Of a DNA stretch of 64,000 bases, positions 26,244 through 36,939 are shown piece by piece. The notes beneath the pieces were generated by a model. That model was not told the DNA's origin and ran no database searches. It was given only the letters and a program-made list of their open reading frames with translations. The translations under genes and the position numbers were made by a program. Position 1 is the stretch's first letter; every line of letters begins with the position of its first letter. Source of the stretch: Squalus acanthias (lineage: Eukaryota); assembly GCA_030390025.1 (NCBI GenBank), contig CM059427.1, positions 28,396,001-28,460,000 on the forward strand, written 5' to 3'.

Positions 26244-27899
26244 AGATGACTCCCTACATATTCTTGTTGGGGGGTGGTCAGAGCACGTAGGGAAGTCCTC
26301 TTCCCTGCTGATGGGCGCAAGAGACCTCCCCAGGAGACAAAAAGAGCCTCGATCCAAATTGCAGAGGAGGTGAACAGCAGGGATGTGGTGAGGAGGACCG
26401 GAACCGCTTCAATGATCGAATGAGATCAGGAAAGGTGAGTGCACAGCCACACTCAACTTCATTCTGCTGTGCCTGTCATCACATCTCCATCACTCTGCCT
26501 TCCCAATTCTACCCTGCACATCATTACTCACACCAACATACCTCTATCTACATACTCACATCTCCATCTGACTAACCACCCCTCACACTCACCCTCATCC
26601 TAATGCAATCGTAACAACACACAAGGAGGCCATTTGGCATTGGCACTTTGGCATTGGCACCCAACTCCCTCATAGTCACCCTCTACAGATGTAACCCATA
26701 CAATCCTTACACTCATGCCATCACTCTCACTCAAACATCTCTTCTTTCCTCCCTTGCAGGAAAAACGAGTGCACAATAACGGAGAGGGAGAGAACCGGTG
26801 TGGCCCTCCATCCTTTGCCTCTTTGACAGCAGCAGAGTAGGGCGCCCTGGAGGTGTCAGGAGTTGCGGAGCAGCTGGCGGTGGGAGACGGAGAGAGGGGG
26901 ACTTCTCAACAACCTGGTGTCAGTGAATGTTCATCATGTGCATAATGGTATCGTTACCCATTCTTAATATCACATTTCTAAATCATCTCTTTACTCTCCC
27001 ACAGGGCCATCAAGAGCCCCCTGCCACTGTACAACCGGAGGAGGAAGACGACTCCTCAGAGAAGCCTCCTGCCTCTGAGGGTGCACCGTCACCAGACCTA
27101 GGCGCACCCAGCAAACAAAAATAGAAGTCAGTCAGTTGAAGTTTCTGGTCTTAAGGTCCTTCCTCAGAACTGGAAGATATTACAGATGAACAGCATTGAA
27201 AAAGGAACAGAACAAGGGGAAAGGGGAAGGGAAAAAAACACACACACACAGAGGAAAAGAATGACTTGTGAAGTGTTTAGCTGGAGAACAGGAGATGGTA
27301 AATGGCAGGTGGCATTAGCAGGAGACAAAAGGAGGCTTAATAAGAGAAATCAAAGACATATACAAGACACAGAGAGGGCTGGATTTTGCTGGCGCTCAGA
27401 GGGCAGGTTCGGAGGTGGGTCCGCTGTCAAAATCTAAAAGATTGACAGCGGGGCGATATCCCACTCTGAACCCGCCACCTTGTAAGTTTCCCAAGTGCCG
27501 GCTCTGCCTGCACTTTGCATACCCGGCACTAAGCAGCGGGTAAGCCAATTGAAATACTTAAGAGGGTGTTTAAAGGTATTTAGCAGCATTTTGCCATCTA
27601 TTAACCATTTTTCCAACTTTTTCACGAGGTTCATGTCGCTCGGGGATCACGTCAAGTAAGTGTGTCGGGTATTCAACAACTCTCCATTGCTTTGAATAGG
27701 TGACAACTACAAAAGTGTTATAAAAGCTACCATTTCACAGCTGTTCCCTTTCCAATCTCAGAAGCTGGAGCCTTCAGTATTTGGAAGAGACTTTTCAGCT
27801 TTATGCAGTTTGGAAATGTTTGGAGTAAACTCTCTATTCACTGTCACCTCCTTGGAACAACATATCTCACCATTGACATTGCTTCTGTCATCTCAACTT

Positions 27900-29169
27900 C
27901 AGCTGCTATATCTAACAACAGAATCGGCACGATTTATGCTCTCTCACCTTGGTCCTCAGAATCTGATGACGATCAGCCGCAGCAGCAGCAGAACCAGCCA
28001 CACCAGCAGCAGCAACAAGAGCGCCAAACCTTCTCCTGAACCACCTGATGCAGCACAGGGCATAGGGCATCAGCGCAGGGCTGCACCGCGCCAGAGGCGA
28101 TACCCCAACACAGGGTATACAGGCAGAGGATGAGCTTCCTCAACATGACAGAGCAACAGTGTCACAGGAGGCTTAGGCTATTGCGCTAGGTCATCACCGA
28201 CATTTGCAGATTGCTGGAGCAAGACCTGCAGTCCAGAGAAGGGGTGGACACCCCTTACCAGTAGCTGTCAAAGTCACCCTTGCCCTCAACTTCTTCGCCT
28301 CAGGCTTCTTCCAGGCATCTGCAGCAGACATTTGCGACATCTTGCAGTCGGCTGCCCACAGATGCATCACACAGCTCACTGATGCCCTCTTTAACAAGTC
28401 TGCCAATTATATCCATTTTGCCACTGATGCAGCCAGTGTCAATGAGCGTGTGCTCGGCTTTGCCACTCTAGCTGGCTTCCCACGGGTGCAGGGCGTCATC
28501 GACTGCACACATGTGGCCATCAGGGCACTCCATCAGAACCCAGTAGTATTTGTTAACCTCAAGGGCTTCCACTCCCTTAACGTGCAGCTGGTCAGCAACC
28601 ACAGGAAGATTATCATCCATGTGTGCGCCAAGTTCCCTGGAAGCTCCCATGACTCTTCCATCCTGCACTACTCCACCGTCCCTCAGCTTTTCGTTCCGCC
28701 AAACAGTCTTTCTGGCTGGCTGCTTGGAGACGAGGGCTATCTCCTGAAGACGTGGCTCATGACACCTTTGAGGAGGCCAACAAAAGAGCCTGAGGGATGA
28801 TATAATCAAAGCCACATCTGGACGAGAAGTGTCATAGAACAAACAATAGGCTTGCTGAAAATGCGCTTCAGATGCCGCGACAGATCTGGAGGAGCCCTTC
28901 AGTATACACCAGCCAGGGTCTCCAGAAGAGTCGTGGTCTGCTGTGCCCTGCACAGCATAGTGCAGCAGCGAGGATTAGCACTGGATGAGGAAGACGGCGC
29001 AGACTGCACAGCCTCATCGGAGGAGGAGAAGGACAAGGAGGAGCACCATGAGGTTATAAACAAGGATGATGAAGACCTGGAGGAGCCGGCGGTGCCATTG
29101 CGACCAGCACGTGAGCATGTTGCTGCCCGTCATGCCAGGGGTGCCCTAATCAATGCCAGATTTAATTAA
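27900..29169 (+). pseudogene. Harbinger DDE transposase, frameshifted
   Basis: [52 protein letters not shown], acidic tail ending ALINARFN*; stop/frameshift near 28800; start position approximate. Confidence 0.88.
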
Positions 29170-29888
29170 CTTTATGCAGCTCAGACATGTGGCTGCCACA
29201 GGCGTGAGCAGATTGGCATCACCCCACACCAACACCATAGAGCAGTCAAACAATGACTAGTCCCTTGTTTTCACTCTCACCACCATTGCTGGCTGTGAAA
29301 TGAGCCCTGACCGTTCACTCTGCCACTTCCATTTGAGCACACACATTTGGCAACGACTGCAAAGTGTGACAAATAAATGATTTCATCTAATATAGAGATG
29401 ACAGTGATAATGAAAAAGACACCTGAGTGACTACCCTTGTGACTATTTGTGTGGGATCTTTCTTTTCCGGGTGCTTCTACGTGGTGCTACAGTTGTGGCT
29501 TCAGCAGAGGTAGAGGCAGCCTCCTCACCTCCCTGCTGCGCCTGCTTAGACGCCTTTGGGTTTTGGAGCCTGTGATGGCCCCGCCAAAGTCTGCTCCTCC
29601 TGTGACTGTGCAGGGGCAGACTCGGCCATTGCTGTCCGGGGAGCCATCTGGGGCTCTGACCGAGGGGTTGGCAAGGGAGTGGAAGTCTGAGCGCTTGGAG
29701 AGGAGCCCCCACTTCCATGTTCCCTCCCGACATCATCCCTCTCATGGGCCACCCGCACTGCTCTGCTAGCAAGTAGCTGGAGAGCACCTTGCTGCACTTC
29801 ATAGGGGCCATGAGGGCCCATGTCCATACTGACATCCCTCCTCCAAACGATGTCTGTGAGCCTCTGGTTTCTCTCCTCCATAGATGCC

Positions 29889-30104
29889 TGTCATAAATCG
29901 CAAGTAACAACTCAGGAAGTACTACTGGGCGGCCAGCTGGGGCGCCGTCCAGGGAGTATAAATACTCAGGCATGGGCCCACCTTGGGCAGAGACAAATCT
30001 GGAAACAGGAAGCTAGTGACTGCTAACTAGACCGCCATGTTTTGTTACAAGTTGATTAAAGCCTTGCTTTATGTTCAAGTGCGTAGTGAGTCTTTATTAC
30101 GTCA
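29889..30104 (+). repeat. 5' LTR
   Basis: TGTCATAAAT...TTACGTCA; TATAAATA at 29957-29964; ATTAAA at 30055-30060. Confidence 0.95.
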
Positions 30105-30204
30105 ATTTAATCAACTTGATATCGTCTCCACGCTTTGGGTGATTCGGAACAACCAGCTGCAACTCGAACCACAGAAGGGAACTAGGGCAAGAAACTGATC
30201 CATC

Positions 30205-33200
30205 ATGGAAAAACTCCTTAGACCCGCTCGTCTCGACCTGGACCCGAATGCACCTGCGGCAGCGAAGGTATGGAAGCATTGGTTTCGTACCTTTAGCAAC
30301 ATTCTTGAAGAATGTGGGGCGGATGTCCCTAATAAGTTACGAATGCTTATCAACTACGTGTCTCCTCATGTGTATGATTATATTGAGGACTGTATAGACT
30401 ATGACACTACTATCGAAATCTTACAGCAGCTATATGTCAAGTCCCCAAATGAAATCTTTGCTCGACACCTACTGGCCACAACTCGGCAGCAGCCTGGGGA
30501 ATCACTCGATGAATTTCTCCAGAAACTTCGCAGGCTCAGCAAGGATTGTAACCTTAAAGCAGTTACAGCTGAACAGTATCAAGAGGAACTAATCCGCGAT
30601 TCCTTTATCAATGGGATCGCGTCCCCTTTTATACGTCAGCGCCTGCTGGAAAATAAAACCCTCAATTTACGGGCTGCTTATGACCAGGCGTGTTCCTTGG
30701 ACTTGGCCAAGAAAAATGCAGACACTTATCTCCCACCACGTGCACGGGCGGCGGCTATCTCCTTTAATGAGTCTTTCGGTAGGTCTCGGGCGGATGCCCC
30801 CTCTGATGTCGACTCTACTCTAACAGACGACGACCCTACCCTAGAGGCCTTCGCTGATGATGACCCCGCCCTAGCAGCATCCTGGCAATCAGGAAGAAAG
30901 TGTTTCTTTTGTGGAGGGGCGTGCCATCACAGAAAATTTTGCCCGGCTCGTAATGTGACCTGCAATCATTGCAGCAAGAAAGGACACCTTTCCAAGGTAT
31001 GCCAGTCACGGGCCTTTGCTAACAAGAAAGGCCGCTCCTCTAAAGTATACCGGTCGAGAGCTCCTGTTAGCTTCACAGCTGCTATCTATGGAGCTGCTCC
31101 TCCCCCAGGAACCAATGTTAAGGCTACAGTTGCCGAAGGGAAAATTGCCCCTCCTCCCATCACGGCTGTTTTTCCCCAAAGTTTGTCCCATGCAGCCACG
31201 ACGGTTTCAGTAAATGGGCACACTCTAAGCGCGCTAATCGACTCCTGCAGCTCTGACAGCTTCATTAGTAAGCGGGCTGTCAACAGGTTAAAACTGCACA
31301 CTTATCCCTCGGACAGGGAGATTGCAATGGCTCTGACGACTCTGACCACCAATTCTTCTGGCTTCTGTCTTGTCAACCTCATCCTCAACGGCCGCACGTA
31401 TCTCTCCACCCGGCTCGGAGTACTCGAAAACTTATGTAGCGATGTGCTTCTGGGACAGGACTTCCAGAAGCAGCACAAGAAGATCACTTTTGAGTTTGGA
31501 GGGTCAAGGCCGGAGCTTACCATTTCTAAGGTGCCATTTTGTGCACTCTCGGCGGCCTTACTCGGTGAACCCTCCCTGTTTGCCAATCTTCCCCCCCGCT
31601 GTAAACCCATAGCCACCAAATTGCGGCGCTTTAGCCAAGACGATCGAGCGTTTATTGAGGCGGAAATCTCTCGCCTTTTAGTCGACGGTATTATCGAGCC
31701 ATGTTCATCTCCCTGGCGGGCTCAGGTCGTCATCGTGAGGAATCCCTTAAAACAACATAAAAAACGTCTGTGTATCGATTATTCGCAGACTATTAATCAA
31801 TATACCGATCTGGATGCCTACCCGCTGCCACGCATAGATGACATGGTCAACAACCTTGCCAAATACAAGGTATTCTCGACCTTCGATTTAAAAAGCGCGT
31901 ACCATCAGGTGCCACTGCAAGACTCCGACAAGAAGTATACGGCCTTTGAGGCCAATGGTCGGCTTTTCCAGTTTCGCCGCCTTCCATTCGGGGTCACCAA
32001 TGGGGTGGCCGTCTTCCAACGGGCCATGGATGGCCTAGTCCGGCAAGAGAACTTGACGGATACCTTTCCGTATTTAGACAATATCACTATTGCCGGCCAT
32101 GATCAAAAGGAGCATGACGCCAATCTTCAGAGATTTTTTGACGTACTCCGCCGTCGCCACTTAACGTTAAACGAATCCAAATCGGTGAAGTCGGTGCCAT
32201 CGGTGAACATTCTTGGCTACTGGGTGGGCAACGGTGTTATTAAACCGGACCCAGAGCGACTTCGTCCACTTCAGGAGCTCCCTCCCCCGACGAACCTCTG
32301 CTCTCTTCGTCGGGCACTTGGCATGTTTGCTTATTACGCAAAATGGATACCACACTTCTCCGATAAAATACAGCCCCTGCTCCATGCGAAGTCTTTTCCA
32401 TTGGAAGCTACGGCTATTTCTGCCTTCAACCTCCTCAAACGACGGCTGGAGAAAGCCACGCTTCGCTCCATTGACGAAAATCTTCCTTTTGTGGTCGAAT
32501 GCGATGCATCGGAGGTGGCGATCTCCGCTACCTTGAATCAAGGTGGCCGACCCGTGGCATTCCTATCCAGAACCTTGCAGGGTAGCGAGCTCCATTACCC
32601 CCCCGTCGAGAAGGAGGCTACGGCCATCATCGAGGCTGTACGCCAATGGGGTCATTTTCTTGCTCGGCGTCATTTTACGCTTATAACTGACCAGCGCTCT
32701 GTGGCCTTCATGTTGGATAACCGGAGGCGCACGAAAATCGAAATAATAAAATTCAACTCTGGAGGATGGAGCTGGCTGCCTTTGGATATACTATCTGTTA
32801 CCGACCCGGCAAACAGAACGTGGCCCCAGATACCTTCACACGGGCATTTTGCTCCTCAATGTCAACGTCGACTCTGGCGGATTTGCATATGGACTTATGC
32901 CATCCTGGTGTGACCTGCATGTTGCACTTTGTGCGCTCCAAAAATCTACCATTTTCAACCGAGGACGTAAAGAAAACATGCTCCTCCTGTAGGATTTGTG
33001 CAGAATTGAAACCACAATTCTTTCGCCCATCAGATGGCTTACTCATACATGCAATGCAGCCTATGCAGAGGCTCAGCATAGACTTTAAAGGGCCATTGCC
33101 TTCGTCGACAAGGAACACCTACCTACTTACGATGGTGGACGAGTATTCACGCTTTCCCTTCGCCTTCCCCTGCCCTAATATGCTTACCTCTACGGTAATT

Positions 33201-34145
33201 AAATGCCTCGATCAGGTCTTTTCCCTTTGCGGGACGGCCAATTTTATCCACACTGATCGGGGTCCCTCCTTTATGTCGAGTGAACTTAAAAGTTATCTCT
33301 CCCAACGGGGAATCGCCTCAAGTAAGACTACACCATATCACCCAATCGGTAACGGACAGGTTGAACGATACAATGCCATCATCTGGAACGCTGTCCGTCT
33401 GGCACTAAGGTCACGCAACCTGCCGGACCAGCAGTGGGAAACGGTGCTCCCCGACGTGTTACACTCTATTAGGTCTGTTCTCTCCACATCTACTAATGTC
33501 ACGCCTCATGAGCGATTCTTCAAATTCCGGCGTCGCTCTACACATGGGACGTCTCTACCGTCATGGTTGGTGGCTCCAGGCCCGGTGCTACTCCGGAGGT
33601 TCGTCCGGTCTGCCAAAAATGACCCTCTCGTTGACGAGGTGGAGTTAACGGAGGTAAACCCCACGTATGCGCACGTACGGTACCCTGATGGCCGGGAGGC
33701 CACCGTCTCGCTCCGAGATCTGGCTCCCTGCCCAACCGGTCACACAGGTCCGAATGATGAAGGATCCCCCGACAATGATATCAACACTCCGCACCCCTAT
33801 GAAAATGACGCCCCGCCTGGGACATCGGGGGATCTGCCGGCAACGCTACCGGATCAACTCAGGGAGCTGGACGCTCCCCGTAGGATGGCCACCCGAAACC
33901 AGGACGCCGGACAATCTCCAGCCACGACCCGGGATGAGGCCAGCTCAGCACCTGTGGGGACCCGCACCCGGAGTCATGATATTCCCAGTCCTCCACAGGA
34001 TGATCAAGATGACGCGGACTCTACTGACTTACCGGTACGGGCCAAGCGACCCAGGGACCAGGACACGGTCCGGGGAGACGTGCCTTCCAGTCACAAGCAG
34101 AGAGCTAAACGTCTACGGCTATTTCTGGTCCGCCTAGTCCGTTAA
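30205..34145 (+). pseudogene. Gypsy gag-pol polyprotein, one reading frame broken by a single 1-nt frameshift at ~32740
   Basis: Two CX2CX4HX4C knuckles, protease LIDSCS, RT (RLCIDY, DLKSAYHQ, LPFG, YLDN), RNase H (ECDAS, EKEA, TDQ), integrase (H...H...CSSC...C, IDF, TDRG, GNGQVER); ORFs 30205..32913 and 32766..34145 join if one base is restored in ...ATC GA AAT AAT AAA ATT CAA CTC TGG AGG ATG. Confidence 0.93.
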
Positions 34146-34183
34146 AGGAAGACTGGACTTCCAAACCTTTTAGGGAGGAAGAA

Positions 34184-34399
34184 TGTCATAAATCGCAAGT
34201 AACAACTCAGGAAGTACTACTGGGCGGCCAGCTGGGGCGCCGTCCAGGGAGTATAAATACTCAGGCATGGGCCCACCTTGGGCAGAGACAAATCTGGAAA
34301 CAGGAAGCTAGTGACTGCTAACTAGACCTCCATGTTTTGTTACAAGTTGATTAAAGCCTTGCTTTATGTTCAAGTGCGTAGTGAGTCTTTATTACGTCA
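34184..34399 (+). repeat. 3' LTR
   Basis: Identical to the 5' LTR except ACCGCC versus ACCTCC (one substitution seen by eye). Confidence 0.95.
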
Positions 34400-36939
34400 A
34401 TGCCCATCTATTTTGAAGTGAAACTATGTTCTCATGAGACTGGCATAGTGTTTCCTCCATGCAGGTGGCCATCCTATCCATGGAGGAAGCTATAGTTGCC
34501 AGTGACTGCGCCACGGTGTTGCTCATGTTGGAGAAGGACTCCTCCATTCTCTGCACACTCTCAATCACCGCGGACGCGAAACCAGTCAGAGCCTCCTGCA
34601 CTTGTTCCTGCAGCTCCAGGATCACCCTCTTCCTGGATGGCCCCCGAGGCTCAGCGTCTGCATACAGCTGAGCAGAGCTAGGAGACTTCTGCGCCCTCCG
34701 ACAAGGAGTCTCCACTGCTGTCACTGTCTCCACCATCTGCTCTTGTTCACTTGTGATCTGTGAGACATCAGGTGACAACACTACTCTATCTCACAACAAA
34801 CACACCGAGGTGTGCGTCTCTGCGCTGGTGCTGGGTTGCGTTGTCTGAGGTGACGCTGCGCCCTCAGAGGCAGGAGGCTCCTCTGAGGAGTCTTCTTGCT
34901 GTTCCTCCTGGACAGTGGGGGGGGGGGGGGATCTTGGTGGACCTGTGGGAGAGTAAAAACATCAGTGACATATACGAGATGTCGACTGCAGACACATACC
35001 ATTATCCACATGATGAGCATTCATTTTCTGTTGACATCAGACCCCATATGAGTGACTGATGAAAGGCATGCAAGTGTATGGAAAATAATTGTGGCTTCAG
35101 CAGAGGTAGAGGCAGCCTACTCACCTCCCTGCTGCGCCTGCTTAGACGCCTTTGGCGGTCGTCCTCTGGGTTTTGGAGCCTGTGATGGCCCCGCCAAAGT
35201 CCGCTCCTCCTGCGACTGTGCAGGGGCAGACTTGGCCATCACTGTCCGGGGATGGATGAAGGTCCAAGGGATGTTGGGGTGAGTAACGTGCAGGAGTAGG
35301 GTTGACAATGCAGAGCGGTGGGGATGTGATGACAGGCACAGCAGCATCAAGGTAAGTGTGGCTTTATACTCACTTTTCCTGATCTCAGAAGATCATTGAA
35401 CCTCTTCCGGCACTGCACCCAGGTGCGAACCACCACTGACATCCCCGTTACCTCCAGCGCTATCTGCAGCCACGCTGCCTTCACCTGCTGGGGAGACCTC
35501 TTCCTACCATCAGTAGGGAAAAGAACCTCCCTACGTGCTCTCATCTTGTGGAGGGAGTCATCAGAGAAGTGAGGAGCTGCTCTTTGGCACTGGGAGCTCA
35601 TACTGCAGACCTGCACAGACTGCCAGCACTGAATTGTCTGAAATTGCAAGTGACAGCAAATGGGGCTATGGCCCCTTTAAATATACCGGCAAGAATCGTG
35701 TCATCCGGTGACGTCACCAGACCCGCACCTTTTAATTGGGCCGGGAAACGCGCAGGGCTGGTCTAACAATAGGGGAAGGCCCATTAAAGGAAGATCATCT
35801 TTTTCGCCGGGATCAACGCAGCAGTGGGGTCGTCCCCCGTTGCTGCCCTCGCCCGCCTTGAAGCCGCCCAGGTAGGCGAAATCACGGCCTGAGTGTATGA
35901 ATAGCTAAAGAGGGGTAGAAAGGGAAGCATGATAAATGGAAAAGCAGAGCAGGTTCTAATGGCTTGGGAGTCTGGTGGAAGAAAAAAGCAGTTCGACACC
36001 AAGGGTGCAGACCACCCTGTCAATGGTGTTCGGATGGTCGGGGGGAGGGGGGCAGAAAAGAGGTATAGGAATGTTAAAAATCTGGTGAGAAGATATTAAA
36101 TATTAGAACCTGATGTTTTTTGTGAAATTATTCATCAGGCTAAACGGAGTGTTGTTCATACAGGCTATAGAAGTAAAGGGTTTGAGAGTCCTTTTAAGTT
36201 CATATATATTGGCTCTGCTTCTCTTGACCACCGACAAAGCTCCATGGGAAAGTTTTTTTTAAAAGTAATTAGCCCTGGCATTGCCCATTTTCTTGAGTGA
36301 AGCATGGCCGAGGCGCAGTCACTGACCCCTGCCTTACTGCAGCAGTGTGTGGTGGCCATGGTGCTGAGCCAGGTTAAGGGTGAGCTGGGCTTCCGCAGCA
36401 GGAGCTGGGAGTTCTGCAGCAGTGGAGAAAGAATCCATGCAAAGCTGCGGGAAATGGGATGGCTTGTAGAGCCTTGATATGTGCAGCTAGAAGGTGAGCA
36501 ACACCGCAGTGATGCACTTGGTCATAGCCAAAGCCTGAGTGGGGGCCTGCAGGGCAAAGGAGAGCATGATTTTAATAATGTCATAGCTGCAGCTTGATGT
36601 GGAGTGATTTGAAGAGGCTGCTAAATCCAAGTATATAGCTGGGATTTTCCGCTGCTATACCACTTCAAATCAGGTGTTTCACTGTGGAAAATGCAGTAAG
36701 ATCAGTTAGGGAGGTAAAAGCCATATTCCAACTCAACCAAAATTTTCCTCCAACTGTCCCAGCAAGGAAAGCTGCCTGCCGCCCCTTCACTGCCCCACAC
36801 ATGTAAATGACAACAAGGAAGCGGCACCCAGTAACCCGGCCCATTTCCATGCCTTCTGCCACAGATCCTGCTGAACCCAGGGTCAACTAAGAGAGGGGTA
36901 GTCCCTGGAACAGGGGCAGAAGGCCCACTTAACCTTTTA

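Larger units (their letters stand above)
24803..27115 (+). mobile_element. Partial Harbinger element (Myb-gene end only) carrying CR1 and SINE insertions
   Basis: Terminal GGCCGGAATTTT..TACCTGGGCGG resembles the end at 35890; Myb exon 1 [14 protein letters not shown]|DSLHIL...[14 protein letters not shown], donor AAG|GTGAGT at ~26434, further exons at ~26760 and ~27005. Confidence 0.75.
29889..34399 (+). mobile_element. Ty3/Gypsy (Mag-like) LTR retrotransposon, full length and very young
   Basis: Two 216-bp TG...CA LTRs; ATGCC TSD at 29884-29888 and 34400-34404; PPT AGGGAGGAAGAA at 34172-34183; gag-PR-RT-RH-IN domain order. Confidence 0.97.
29443..35601 (-). pseudogene. Harbinger Myb/SANT-like gene, interrupted by the Gypsy element
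   Basis: ATG 35601 MSSQCQRAAPHFSDDSL..REVLFPTDGRKR..AAWLQIA..RTWVQCRKRFNDL, donor at ~35374; last exon ~34940-34405 continues at 29888-29443, ending RRSTRKRKIPHK*. Confidence 0.78.
27376..35890. mobile_element. PIF/Harbinger transposon, full-length and decayed, hosting a Gypsy insertion
   Basis: GGGCTGGATTTT left end and imperfect AAATCACGGCCT right end; convergent transposase (+) and Myb (-) genes; TSD not clean. Confidence 0.85.

Noticed and set aside
33730-34183. env-like third ORF in the Gypsy element
   Set aside because: The integrase frame runs to 34145, 38 bp before the 3' LTR; no room, and no signal peptide or transmembrane segment.
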